64,000 nucleotides of DNA from an uncultured delta proteobacterium (GCA_963790475.1 CAWBOS010000012.1:288001-352000); one strand, 5' to 3'; positions 38,486-47,909 are shown, counted from the stretch's first letter. Made by a program: numbers and translations. The notes: generated from the sequence alone by a model not told the origin.

Positions 38486-38581
38486 AAGGTGTAAGGTATA
38501 AGGTTTGAGGTTCAAGGTACAAGGTTTAAGGCCTTACACCTTAGACCTTGTACCGGAATTTTTTAGTTTAGGAGGACTACA
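38486..38581 (+). repeat. Inverted heptamer-repeat cassette, family C, ending in the RBS of the CoA-transferase gene
   Basis: AAGGTGT AAGGTAT AAGGTTT GAGGTTC AAGGTAC AAGGTTT ... CCTTACA CCTTAGA CCTTGTA CCGGAATTTTTTAGTTTAGGAGG. Confidence 0.75.
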
Positions 38582-39760
38582 ATGGGTTTACCATTGGAAG
38601 GAATAAAGATCGTAGATTTTACCCAGTTTCAACAGGGAACCATGTGTACCGAAATGTTGTCGGACTGGGGGGCTGAGGTGATCAAGGTGGAACCCCGCCT
38701 GGTAGGCGAGCCCGGCAGGGGAGGGAACCCCTGGGGTCCTAAGGGGGTCCCCGTTTACTTCGAAGCCTACAACCGGAATAAGAAAAGCATCACGGTCGAT
38801 CTTAAAAAAGAGAAAGGCAAGGAGATTGTCTACCGGCTGGTAAAAAAAGCCGACATCTTTGCCCAGAATTTTCGTCCGGGCGTTGCCGAACGACTGGGTT
38901 TTGGCTATAAAGCCCTCTCAGGCCTGAATCCGAGAATCATCTACCTCTCCGGTTCCGGCTTTGGTTTGAAGGGTCCTATGTGGGATCGCCCCGGGTTTGA
39001 TTCCGTGGGGCAGGCCATGGGAGGGATCATGAGCATCACCGGTCCTCCCGGTTCCCCCGATCAGACCATAGGCGCCGGAATAGGTGATCAGACCGGAGGC
39101 TTTTTACTTAGCTGGGGTGCCCTTCTGGCCATCATTGATCGGGAACGCACCGGCCAGGGCCAGGAAGTCGATGTCTCTCTCATCGGCAGTGTGGTCGCCC
39201 TCCAGGGCGCTACTCTTTTGGCCAATCCCCTGACCGGGCATATTCCTAAAAAAAGTAAAGGCCGCATCACGACCACCATCTTTGCCTGCAGCTTTATGGC
39301 CGCGGACGGGAAGTCCTTCATCATCCAGACCGTCGGCGGGGAAAAGAGGGATAAGGTCTTTGCCATCGCCGGCCTGGACAAAGATCCCAGATTCGACACC
39401 AAGGAAAAAAGGAAAAAGAATCAGGAAGAGATGATTGATGCCTTTCAGGGGGTTTTTTCCACTAAACCGCGGGAGGAGTGGCTGAAGATTCTGGTTGATG
39501 CGGATATTGTCTGCGCGCCGGTCTACAATCATGCCGAGGTCTCGGCCGATCCCCAGGTGATAGCCAACGAATATATTGTTGAAATAAATCATCCCACGGA
39601 AGGACCCATCAGGGTTCTCGGGAACCCCATTCATCTCGGTAAACATAAGGCCAGAATCGGTGTGGCTCCGCTGTTGGGACAGCATACCAATGAGGTTTTA
39701 AAAGAAGCAGGGTACTCCGGGGATGAAATCGCCCGACTGAAAGAAGAAGATGTTGTCTGA
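38582..39760 (+). CDS. Class III CoA-transferase (CaiB/BaiF/Frc family)
   Basis: LEGIKIVDFTQ, NRNKKS, QNFRPG, catalytic-position Asp in IGDQTGG, APLLGQHT. Confidence 0.92.
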   Translation: MGLPLEGIKIVDFTQFQQGTMCTEMLSDWGAEVIKVEPRLVGEPGRGGNPWGPKGVPVYFEAYNRNKKSITVDLKKEKGKEIVYRLVKKADIFAQNFRPGVAERLGFGYKALSGLNPRIIYLSGSGFGLKGPMWDRPGFDSVGQAMGGIMSITGPPGSPDQTIGAGIGDQTGGFLLSWGALLAIIDRERTGQGQEVDVSLIGSVVALQGATLLANPLTGHIPKKSKGRITTTIFACSFMAADGKSFIIQTVGGEKRDKVFAIAGLDKDPRFDTKEKRKKNQEEMIDAFQGVFSTKPREEWLKILVDADIVCAPVYNHAEVSADPQVIANEYIVEINHPTEGPIRVLGNPIHLGKHKARIGVAPLLGQHTNEVLKEAGYSGDEIARLKEEDVV

Positions 39761-39781
39761 GTTCGGTTTGTAAAACAAAAA

Positions 39782-40170
39782 AAAGTTCAGAGTTCGGAGT
39801 TCAGAGTTCAGAAAAAGAGCTCAAAGCTGAAAGTTCAACACAAGAAAAATGGCAAAAACAACTTTTGACATAATGGACTTAAAAGAAGTCTTCCCCCAAG
39901 CCTGCCCCGGAAAGTTTCAATCCGGGGGTGAAAACCGGGGTCCAGGAGAAGTTTTAGTTATTAAATAATGGATTCCGGATTTCGAGGATGTGTCACAATT
40001 GCAGTTATGTCATTCCATGCAAGCGAAGCGCGACACGGAATCCAGTATTTTCAATAAATTCTGGATACCGGCTTTCGCCGGTATGACGGCTTTGAGGGAC
40101 TTTTATTAATTGCGACACAGCTTCTTCTCCGGAATGACATAATTCGGATTTTGGCGACTTTTTACGAAGC
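39782..40170. repeat. Cluster of heptamer repeats (GAGTTCA-type) and nested family A REP units
   Basis: AAAGTTC AGAGTTC GGAGTTC AGAGTTC; GTCATTCC...GGAATCCAG...CTGGATACCGGCTTTCGCCGGTATGAC (40009-40087); GACTTTTTACGA. Confidence 0.7.
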
Positions 40171-40269
40171 CTTTTACTTCGAATCATCCACATATCGTTG
40201 AACGATTTTTGCATTGTCACAAGTGACCGGGATTTTTTTCACAGTTATCGTATATAAGGAGGTTGGAAG

Positions 40270-41430
40270 ATGGATCTTCCATTAAAAGGAATAAAGGTCG
40301 TTGATTTTACCCAGTATCAACAGGGAACCGTAGGGACCTTATTACTGGCCGACTGGGGGGCTGATGTCATCAAGTTGGAACCCCGGTTGGTCGGCGAACC
40401 GGGAAGGTCGGCCGGCCTGGCCTACTATCAAGCCCACAATCGGAATAAGAGAAGCGTGACCATTGATCTGAAAAAAGAAAAAGGCAAAGAGATCGTTTAT
40501 CGGTTGGTCAAGGATGCCGACATCTTTGCCCAGAATTTTCGTCCGGGAGTTGCCGAGCGTCTGGGTTTTGGCTTTGAAGCCTTATCAGCGATCAATCCAA
40601 GAATCATCTATATGACCGGCTCCGGCTTCGGGCTAAAGGGTCCCTGGAAGGACAGACCGGGTTTCGATGCCGTGGGGCAGGCTATGGGTGGAATCATGAG
40701 CCTGGCCGGACCTCCGGGATCACCCGATCTGCCGATCGGGGCCGCCGTGGCCGATCAAACCGGAGGATTCATGCTTGGGTACGGGGCCCTTTTGGCTTTG
40801 ATCGACCGTCAGCGGACCGGAAAAGGGCAGATGGTTGAAGCCTCTCTCATGGGCAGCGTTATCGGACTGATAGGCTGGGTTATGCAGGACTATCTCCTCA
40901 GCGGTCAGATCCGGGGGAAGACTCGGGCCCGTGTCGGCTCCGGCGTCTTTTCCTGCACCTTGCGGTCCGGTGACGGGAAATCATTCATCATCCAGACCTT
41001 CGGCCGAGCGGCGAAAGAAAAAGTCTTTAAAGCCGCGGGTATGAACCCCAAAGACCCGAGGTTCGAAACCGGGGAAAAGATGAGACAAAATATTGATGAG
41101 TTGATTGCTGCCCTGGAGAGTTTCTTTTCCAACAAGACCAGAGAGGAAGCCCTGGAGATTTTGGGAAAGGAAGATGTTGTCTGCGCGCCGGTTTATAACC
41201 TGGCCGAAGTCGCGGCCGAACCCCAAGTGGCAGCCAATGAATATCTGGTCGAGATAGAACATCCCCAAGAGGGGAAAATCCGCATCCTGAATAACCCGGT
41301 GACCTTAGGAAGGCAGAAGGCCCGGGTCGGGGCCGCCCCGGAACTGGGGCAGCACACCGATGAGGTCCTAAAAGAGATTGGATATTCTGAAGAAGAGATT
41401 GCCGCTTTTAGAAAGGAAGAGGTGGTTTAA
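40270..41430 (+). CDS. Class III CoA-transferase, tandem paralogue of 38582..39760
   Basis: Same motifs (VADQTGG); 32-nt identical DNA block at 38849-38880 and 40516-40547. Confidence 0.92.
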   Translation: MDLPLKGIKVVDFTQYQQGTVGTLLLADWGADVIKLEPRLVGEPGRSAGLAYYQAHNRNKRSVTIDLKKEKGKEIVYRLVKDADIFAQNFRPGVAERLGFGFEALSAINPRIIYMTGSGFGLKGPWKDRPGFDAVGQAMGGIMSLAGPPGSPDLPIGAAVADQTGGFMLGYGALLALIDRQRTGKGQMVEASLMGSVIGLIGWVMQDYLLSGQIRGKTRARVGSGVFSCTLRSGDGKSFIIQTFGRAAKEKVFKAAGMNPKDPRFETGEKMRQNIDELIAALESFFSNKTREEALEILGKEDVVCAPVYNLAEVAAEPQVAANEYLVEIEHPQEGKIRILNNPVTLGRQKARVGAAPELGQHTDEVLKEIGYSEEEIAAFRKEEVV

Positions 41431-41539
41431 CCGGTTCCCCTAGAATCAAAAGGTTTTAAGTTCAAAGAAGAAACCTAAACCCCATACCTTATACTTTAAA
41501 CCGGCTTTTTTTATCTCTGAACTTTATTTTTTAACTAAA

Positions 41540-41581
41540 AAGCCCCCAAGCCCCTTGGCACTCCAAGGGGCTTGGGGGCTT
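41540..41581. terminator. Perfect 19-bp hairpin between convergent genes (probable bidirectional terminator)
   Basis: AAGCCCCCAAGCCCCTTGG-CACT-CCAAGGGGCTTGGGGGCTT. Confidence 0.75.
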
Positions 41582-41620
41582 AGTTTTCGCCGAACGCTTA
41601 ACGCCGAACGTTCTTTTCGA

Positions 41621-42718
41621 TCATACCTTCCGTCCTCCAACACCTTTAGTGCCCTTGGTGACGATCTTGGCTTTCTCTGCGGGGCGTAAAGCCCGAACCG
41701 CTGCCCCGGCCCGCCACATTTCGGAATTGCGCATTCCTCCCAGTTCCTTGGCCAGCACCTTCTGGTAATCCCTTCCGCCGCAGGTATTGATGACGTGTTC
41801 GGCTTCCTGACCGGAGGAGACGCGTTTGTAGAGATCTTTAAAAACAGGCGTGACCGCCTTCTTGAATTTCGGCTTCCAGTCCAGGGCTCCGCGCTGAGCG
41901 GTGACGGAGCAGTTGGAATACATCCAGTCCATTCCGTTTTCATCCACCAACCGAATCAGACTCTGGGTGAGTTCTTCAACGGTTTCGTTGAAGGCTTCGC
42001 TGGGGGAGTGACCATGCCGGCGAAGTTCGTCGTACTGGGCCTCCATGACCCCGGCCAGACAGCCCATGAGTACCCCCCGCTCGCCAACGAGATCGCTGTT
42101 GGTTTCATGCGGGAAGGTTGTCGGAAAAAGATAACCCGATCCGATGGCGATGCCGACGGCCAGACATCGTTCCTCGGCCCTTCCGGTAGCATCCTGCAAG
42201 ACCGCATAGCTGGAGTTGATTCCGGCTCCGGAAAGGAAGTTTCTCCTGACGTTAAGTCCCGACCCTTTGGGAGCGACCATAATGACGTCTACATTTTTCG
42301 GCGGGACGACGCCTGTTTTTTTCTTATAGGTAATGGAGAAGCCGTGAGAGAAATAGAGGGCATCGCCTGCCTTCAGGTTTGCTTTTACGGTAGGCCACAC
42401 CGCCCGTTGAGCGGCGTCGGAAATCAGCATCTGGATAATGGTGCCCCGTTTGACCGCTTCTCCGATGGGAAAAAGGGTTTTACCGGGAACCCAGCCATCG
42501 ACGACGGCACGGTCCCAGTCCCTCTTGAGGCCCGGTTCTTGACCGACAATGACGTTAAAACCATTGTCTTTCATGTTGAGGGCCTGGGCAGGCCCCTGAA
42601 CACCGTAACCGATGACAGCGATGACTTCCTTTTTCAACACCATGCGGGCCTTGGACAGGGGAAATTCCTTCCGGGTGATCACGGTCTCCTTGACACCGCC
42701 AAAATCAATTCTTGCCAT
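41621..42718 (-). CDS. ilvC: Ketol-acid reductoisomerase
   Basis: VIGYGVQG, FSHGF, MVAPKGSG, SDLVGERGVLMG, SEAFNETVEE motifs. Confidence 0.96.
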   Translation of the reverse strand: MARIDFGGVKETVITRKEFPLSKARMVLKKEVIAVIGYGVQGPAQALNMKDNGFNVIVGQEPGLKRDWDRAVVDGWVPGKTLFPIGEAVKRGTIIQMLISDAAQRAVWPTVKANLKAGDALYFSHGFSITYKKKTGVVPPKNVDVIMVAPKGSGLNVRRNFLSGAGINSSYAVLQDATGRAEERCLAVGIAIGSGYLFPTTFPHETNSDLVGERGVLMGCLAGVMEAQYDELRRHGHSPSEAFNETVEELTQSLIRLVDENGMDWMYSNCSVTAQRGALDWKPKFKKAVTPVFKDLYKRVSSGQEAEHVINTCGGRDYQKVLAKELGGMRNSEMWRAGAAVRALRPAEKAKIVTKGTKGVGGRKV

Positions 42719-42871
42719 AACATCTTCCTCCTCTAATTTGAGTGCGGCGAGTTGTACCCGTCGTCACCTATTTTACAAACCAATTTGTAAATTTATTCTT
42801 CTCTATATCATATTGTAATGACACTGACAATACTATTTTAGATTCTTTAATTTTATGAAAACTAACTAGTT

Positions 42872-43060
42872 TTACCGCAAAGCCGCAAAGGCCGCAAAGA
42901 AGAAAATTTATCAATTGCCGGTGAGGGGCCGGCAATTGATAACCTTCGCTGCCCAATGGGCAAATATTTGATTGGAGGCCGGGCTATTTTCTTCAATCCC
43001 GCCTCTCACGGGATTGAAGAAAAATAATCCTCTCTGCGTGCTTTGCGACTTTGCGGTGAA
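42872..43060. repeat. MITE-like palindromic element, family B copy 3
   Basis: TTACCGCAAAGCCGCAAAG ... CTTTGCGACTTTGCGGTGAA termini; internal ATCAATTGCCGG..CCGGCAATTGAT and TTCAATCCCG..CGGGATTGAA. Confidence 0.75.
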
Positions 43061-43078
43061 AATTTGTCTGGCTGGATC

Positions 43079-44368
43079 TTAAAAAATCCTGGAGATCAGA
43101 AAGAAAGCCGCGGCGGCGATCATAACTGTCAGCAAGGGTTTGAAGATGGAACGGTAACTGTCGAGAAGGCCGGCCTTAAAATAATCCTTGGTCACCAGGA
43201 AACAGAGGTGGACCGGAGAAAGCATCATCCCCATAAAGCCGAACACATAGGCCAGGGCGGCATAGGAAAGAAAATTAAAAAGAGGAGTCGGGGGAAAGAG
43301 GGGAATGACCAAGGGGAAAGAAGTCCCCACAAATCCGATTCCGATCCCGGTAATGAGTCCGGAGAGAAAGGGCATAATGACGATGACCAGCAGGATTGGA
43401 ATCCGGTAAGTCATCAGTTCGGTTCTTATGTCAACCACGGCCCGGCTGTCTTTCATAATGCCCTGGAAGATCATGATGGCCGCTACCAATAATAAAATGG
43501 AGACGATATTCCGGTCATAAACCGCCTCAGCCAACTGCCTGAGAGAAATTCGGTTGACCACACCTACCCAGATCAGGGAGACCAGAAGACCGGGAAGAAT
43601 AGATACCGCCCCGGGCAGGCTGATCTTGACCCCGGCCCAATTCAGCAAAAGGGTCAACCCTTCCAGAAGGATGATGACCAGGACCACGACCAAAATAGGC
43701 ATGATCTCCCAAAAAAATGTTTTCAACTCCGAAGAGGAGAAGACCTTTTTCTCTTGAACCGATTCCCGTTGGATAGGTTTTAAAATAAAGACCACGCCGG
43801 CCAGAACCATGACCAGGGTCATAGGTATCATGACGGCTATAAATTGCCAAGTCGCCACCTTCAGCAAGGCGACGGCCAGAACCACTGCCGGATAGAGGGG
43901 CCACCAATATTCCCAGATATGTCGGAACCAATAATTGACCGCTGTCTGCTGTTCGCCGGATAAGGCGCATTTGTTGAAAGTGGTTTCGACCATGGGGGCC
44001 GAGAAGAGCGCGCCCCCGGGCATGGGCAGGAGTCCGATCAGGGCCGGCAATACCGATCCGGCGGTGCGTTCATCACCCGAAAGCCCGGCAAACCCCTCGA
44101 CGATGCGGTCCATATGGCGGGTCTCCTTCATTAGGCGGCTGATGACCAGGATTGATCCGACAATCAGGAACAAGCTGATGGTCTGGAGTTGTGACAGGCT
44201 TTGAAGGGCACTCCCGATCACGTCGCCGGGACCCAGTTTCATCCACAAACCCAGCACCAGAGAACCGATGAAGAGGCAGAGACTCAAACCAAGGCGTAAT
44301 CTGTTCAGAACAAGTATCAGGCCGAAGACGCCGAGTACCTTTATCAGAGCGGGGACGGAAAAAAACAT
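43079..44368 (-). CDS. DUF401-family integral membrane protein
   Basis: PALIGLLPMPGGALFSAPMV, NYWFRHIWEYWWPLYP, MLSPVHLC motifs; ATG overlaps the upstream TGA. Confidence 0.85.
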   Translation of the reverse strand: MFFSVPALIKVLGVFGLILVLNRLRLGLSLCLFIGSLVLGLWMKLGPGDVIGSALQSLSQLQTISLFLIVGSILVISRLMKETRHMDRIVEGFAGLSGDERTAGSVLPALIGLLPMPGGALFSAPMVETTFNKCALSGEQQTAVNYWFRHIWEYWWPLYPAVVLAVALLKVATWQFIAVMIPMTLVMVLAGVVFILKPIQRESVQEKKVFSSSELKTFFWEIMPILVVVLVIILLEGLTLLLNWAGVKISLPGAVSILPGLLVSLIWVGVVNRISLRQLAEAVYDRNIVSILLLVAAIMIFQGIMKDSRAVVDIRTELMTYRIPILLVIVIMPFLSGLITGIGIGFVGTSFPLVIPLFPPTPLFNFLSYAALAYVFGFMGMMLSPVHLCFLVTKDYFKAGLLDSYRSIFKPLLTVMIAAAAFFLISRIF

Positions 44369-46305
44369 CACAATTGCCAAGCGGCCTGAGCCCCTTCTTC
44401 TACAGCCTCAAAAATCCGCCGGGGTTGGCGGGCGTCGCCGATCACTGCAAAGGGAATCTTCAATACTTCCAGGATTTCTTTTAGCTCATCCCGGGCCTTC
44501 AAACCCACGGCCAGCACCACCTGATCGATGGGAAACAGTGTTGTTTTCTCTCCTTTGGTTTCGATCTCCACGCTCCCTTCATTAATTTTCTTCAAGGTGG
44601 TATTGAAGATGAGAGGGCAGTTTTTTTCCTGAAGGCGCTGATGCAGCATATATCCGTGTGAGGTTATCTTTCGAACCGGTGACCGCTCCAGCATCTCCAC
44701 CAGGGTCACTTTTTTCCCCTTCTCACTCAGGAAATCGGCTGTTTCCATTCCGATCAGTCCACCGCCGACCACCAGAATGTTATTTTTGGGGATAACCGCA
44801 CCGCTCAAGATCTGCCAGGCATCGCAGACCTGTCCTTTATCCATTCCTTCTATCTTGGGTATTATCTTTTCTCCTCCAGCGGCGAGGATGACCTGTTCGG
44901 GCCGTTGATCTTTAAGCAAGGTCTCAGTGACCATGGTACTGCTTTTGATTGTTACCCCGGCCTTTCTGACCTGATCGATCTGCCAGTCAATCCATTCCCC
45001 GTATATTTTTTTATAAGGCGGTATCCGGGCATAGCGAAGCTGGCCGCCCAGTTCCTGATCCTGCTCGAAAAGGGTCACCCGGTGTCCCAATCGGGCGGCT
45101 TCGAAGGCTGCCGTAAGACCTCCGGGGCCTGATCCTATGACCCAGACCTTTTTGGATTTGGCCGCCGGACCTTCAGGATAAATAGTCTCCTGCCCGGTTT
45201 CGGGATTGATCGAACAGCGGATATTGCCTTCACCGAGTATCTCCCGCTCGATACATCCCTGGTTGCAGGCGATGCATTTTCGGATATCCGCTGTTCTTCC
45301 GGCTTTAGCCTTGATCAGGAAATCGGGATCGGCTAGAAATTGCCGACCGAAGGCCACTAAATCCGCATCGCCGCGGCCGATCACCTCGTCGGCCAGGGCC
45401 GGATCGCTAAATCGTCCTACCGCGATAATCGGTACGGAGACGACCTCCTTCATTTTTTTTGCCAGAGGGACATTGAATCCCGGCTCATATTCAGCTGTGG
45501 CTTGGGTTATAGCTCCGGGGCTGCCGTGGGTACCTATGGAAGCATGAATCATATCGGCCCCGGCTTTGACTATATCCGGAAGGATGGTCCGCAAGTCCTC
45601 AGCCGTGTACCCGCCCCTTATGTATTCTTCGCCAGAGACCCGGACGGAGATGGGAAAATCCGGACCAACCTGTCTTCGGACCTCGCTGATGACCTCGATT
45701 ACGAAGCGCGATCGTTCTTTTAAATTGGTCCCTCCATAAGCGTCGGTCCGCCTATTCGATATGGACGATAGAAACTGGGTCAGCAGGTAACCGTGCGCGG
45801 CATGGAGTTCCACGGCATCAAAGCCGGCCTCCCTGGCCCGGACCGCCGCAGTCCCGAAGGCCTGAATGACTTCTTTTATTTCCTCAATGGTCATCTCTCG
45901 TGGTGTCTTTCGGAAGACAATACTCGGGACCGCCGATGGCGCCACAGCCTTTCCCTGACCCAAAAGATGGAGGCTCTCCCGGCCGGCATGATGGATCTGC
46001 ATGGCGATCTTGGACCCCGCTTCGTGGGCCACGGCAACCATCCTGGAAAGTCCCGGTATGAACCGATCCTCGTAGGCCCCCAACTGGTTCGGGGTAGTGA
46101 TTCCTCCCGGGTGAGCAGCGGTTATTTCAGTGATGATCAATCCCGGTTGTCCTTTGGCCCGGCGTCTCAGATAGGCCAGATTTTCCGGGCTGACTGTCCC
46201 GTCGTCATGACCCAGGTTGGTGCCCATGGGGGGCATCACCACCCGGTTGCTTAAAGTCATAGTTTTAATGGTTATAGGTGAGAGAATGTGCCTTAATGAA
46301 TTCAT
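44368..46305 (-). CDS. NADH:flavin oxidoreductase (OYE TIM barrel + 4Fe-4S + FAD; 2,4-dienoyl-CoA reductase/BaiH-like)
   Basis: NRVVMPPM, ELHAAHGYLLTQFLS, CIACNQGC, CSINP, VIGSGPGG motifs. Confidence 0.92.
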   Translation of the reverse strand: MNSLRHILSPITIKTMTLSNRVVMPPMGTNLGHDDGTVSPENLAYLRRRAKGQPGLIITEITAAHPGGITTPNQLGAYEDRFIPGLSRMVAVAHEAGSKIAMQIHHAGRESLHLLGQGKAVAPSAVPSIVFRKTPREMTIEEIKEVIQAFGTAAVRAREAGFDAVELHAAHGYLLTQFLSSISNRRTDAYGGTNLKERSRFVIEVISEVRRQVGPDFPISVRVSGEEYIRGGYTAEDLRTILPDIVKAGADMIHASIGTHGSPGAITQATAEYEPGFNVPLAKKMKEVVSVPIIAVGRFSDPALADEVIGRGDADLVAFGRQFLADPDFLIKAKAGRTADIRKCIACNQGCIEREILGEGNIRCSINPETGQETIYPEGPAAKSKKVWVIGSGPGGLTAAFEAARLGHRVTLFEQDQELGGQLRYARIPPYKKIYGEWIDWQIDQVRKAGVTIKSSTMVTETLLKDQRPEQVILAAGGEKIIPKIEGMDKGQVCDAWQILSGAVIPKNNILVVGGGLIGMETADFLSEKGKKVTLVEMLERSPVRKITSHGYMLHQRLQEKNCPLIFNTTLKKINEGSVEIETKGEKTTLFPIDQVVLAVGLKARDELKEILEVLKIPFAVIGDARQPRRIFEAVEEGAQAAWQL

Positions 46306-46436
46306 GTTTATCTCCTTTATAGAAATTACTCAGTTAAGAGGTGATCGTGATTTGCCAAGGCATTTTAGGAACGGCTGCTACTCTACGGTTTGGTGCTGAA
46401 CTGCTTCCGGTAAGCCTACTCCCTTACCTTTCTCAG

Positions 46437-47041
46437 CTAACGGGGAGTAATCAATTCGGCCAGATTAACATTGAGCAGACTGCCCGGCTCCTCCCCCCTG
46501 AATTCACTGTAGGCCCTGGCGCATTGAGCGATCCGAAAGAAAAAAGGAATACATAAGTGTCCGATGGGCTATGGCCAGGTCCAAGGCAAGCCAAACGGAT
46601 TTCCCTTTCATCCTGATATAGGGTGAGACTCTTTTCGAAAACCAAGTCTTGTGGCGTGTCTTTTGCACCGTCGAAATTCATGGCCGGAACTTCTTTCCTG
46701 GCTTTCTCGATCTGATCCAGGGGCATTCTCAGGGTCTCTTCCCGGCATTTGGAAGAACAAATGACGGTTGCCTCCTTGAAGAAGTGGTTGGTGTAGGTAT
46801 GGTCGCCATGAGCGTGGGTATTAATCAGAAAACGTACCGGACTATCGGTGATTTCTTTAATCCGGTTGATGAAACCCTCTATCATATATTGATTGGTCAG
46901 AGAGTCTATGACGATGGCTTCTTTTTCCCCGACGATCAAACCGGCATTGCTGCTGTAAAAAACAAAGGGTTGCAGATAAGTATACACACCCTCAATTATT
47001 TTTTTCATTTCAGCCCTCGGGGCTTTATAGGGGTTATCCAA
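46437..47041 (-). pseudogene. Metallo-beta-lactamase-fold (cyclase-like) gene with internal deletion and frameshift
   Basis: INTHAHGDH and GHSPSD are present, the frame degenerates after TYVFL, and a plausible family C-terminus (ARAYSEFRGEEPGSLL...PR*) lies directly after in another frame. Confidence 0.65.
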
Positions 47042-47042
47042 G

Positions 47043-47909
47043 TCAATTCCTCCAATCAGTTTCTTCTCTTTCCAATTCCGATTTCCCGATTCTCTTGGAT
47101 CGGGAATTCAGATAGTTCTCATCCCGCACCCCTTCAACCACTTGTAAAGTGTCCATGTCCGGCGGCTTGAAGTCAAGAAGAATTTCCAGGAAGGTCATGA
47201 CGATTCGGTAGGTCACCCCCCAGAGCACTTCGGATTCTTCTCCACCTTCATGGAGAAAACCCGGGAAATCCTGAATCATCTCTTCCCCGTCCAGATAGGA
47301 TTCAAAACGCATTCTGAAGCGGACGTATTTTTCGGACTTCAAAAAATCATTTAGCGGAATGGAAACAACTTTTTCCACTTCCCGGTTGGGGAAGAATCGT
47401 TTCTGATGCCTGATCCAGACCGCCATGGGGTATAGGAATCTCTGAAAGGATGCCAGGGCCTGGGGCGGCATGGGACCGAGAAATTGGGTCCGGAAGGGAT
47501 TAAGACGCATCTCTTCAAAACACTCCCTCAGACCGGTGGCCAACAGAAGGGCCAGCAGATCGGACTCTTTCCTTCTCTGAACTTTCCATTGCTTCCAATG
47601 GGGCCAGCGACCCAGAGGGAAAAAGGGCAGCCCCAGGATCCTGGCCGCCAGGGAATCGAAACGGTGGTGGATGCCTCCACCGGGGAAGCAAAGGTCGCCG
47701 GCCTGTCTCACCCACTTCGATCGTTTATTGAATACAAAACAGAGTTCGGTGCCCGGACCGTTCTCTTTTTGGCACTCACTAAAGAGGCAAAGGACTGCCG
47801 AAGATCCTGCGGGAACGATTAGATTCTCCGAGTAAAGGCAGGCATCCCGGTTCCACTTTTCAAGTGTTTCGGTAACCTGTCTAATAAATTGTCCGGAGTC
47901 CTTGGTCAA
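47043..47909 (-). CDS. Nudix hydrolase, CoA pyrophosphatase-like
   Basis: SAVL, NKRS..VRQAGDLCFPGG, ATGLRECFEE Nudix box (with insertion), PNREV, LWGVTYRI. Confidence 0.8.
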   Translation of the reverse strand: MTKDSGQFIRQVTETLEKWNRDACLYSENLIVPAGSSAVLCLFSECQKENGPGTELCFVFNKRSKWVRQAGDLCFPGGGIHHRFDSLAARILGLPFFPLGRWPHWKQWKVQRRKESDLLALLLATGLRECFEEMRLNPFRTQFLGPMPPQALASFQRFLYPMAVWIRHQKRFFPNREVEKVVSIPLNDFLKSEKYVRFRMRFESYLDGEEMIQDFPGFLHEGGEESEVLWGVTYRIVMTFLEILLDFKPPDMDTLQVVEGVRDENYLNSRSKRIGKSELEREETDWRN

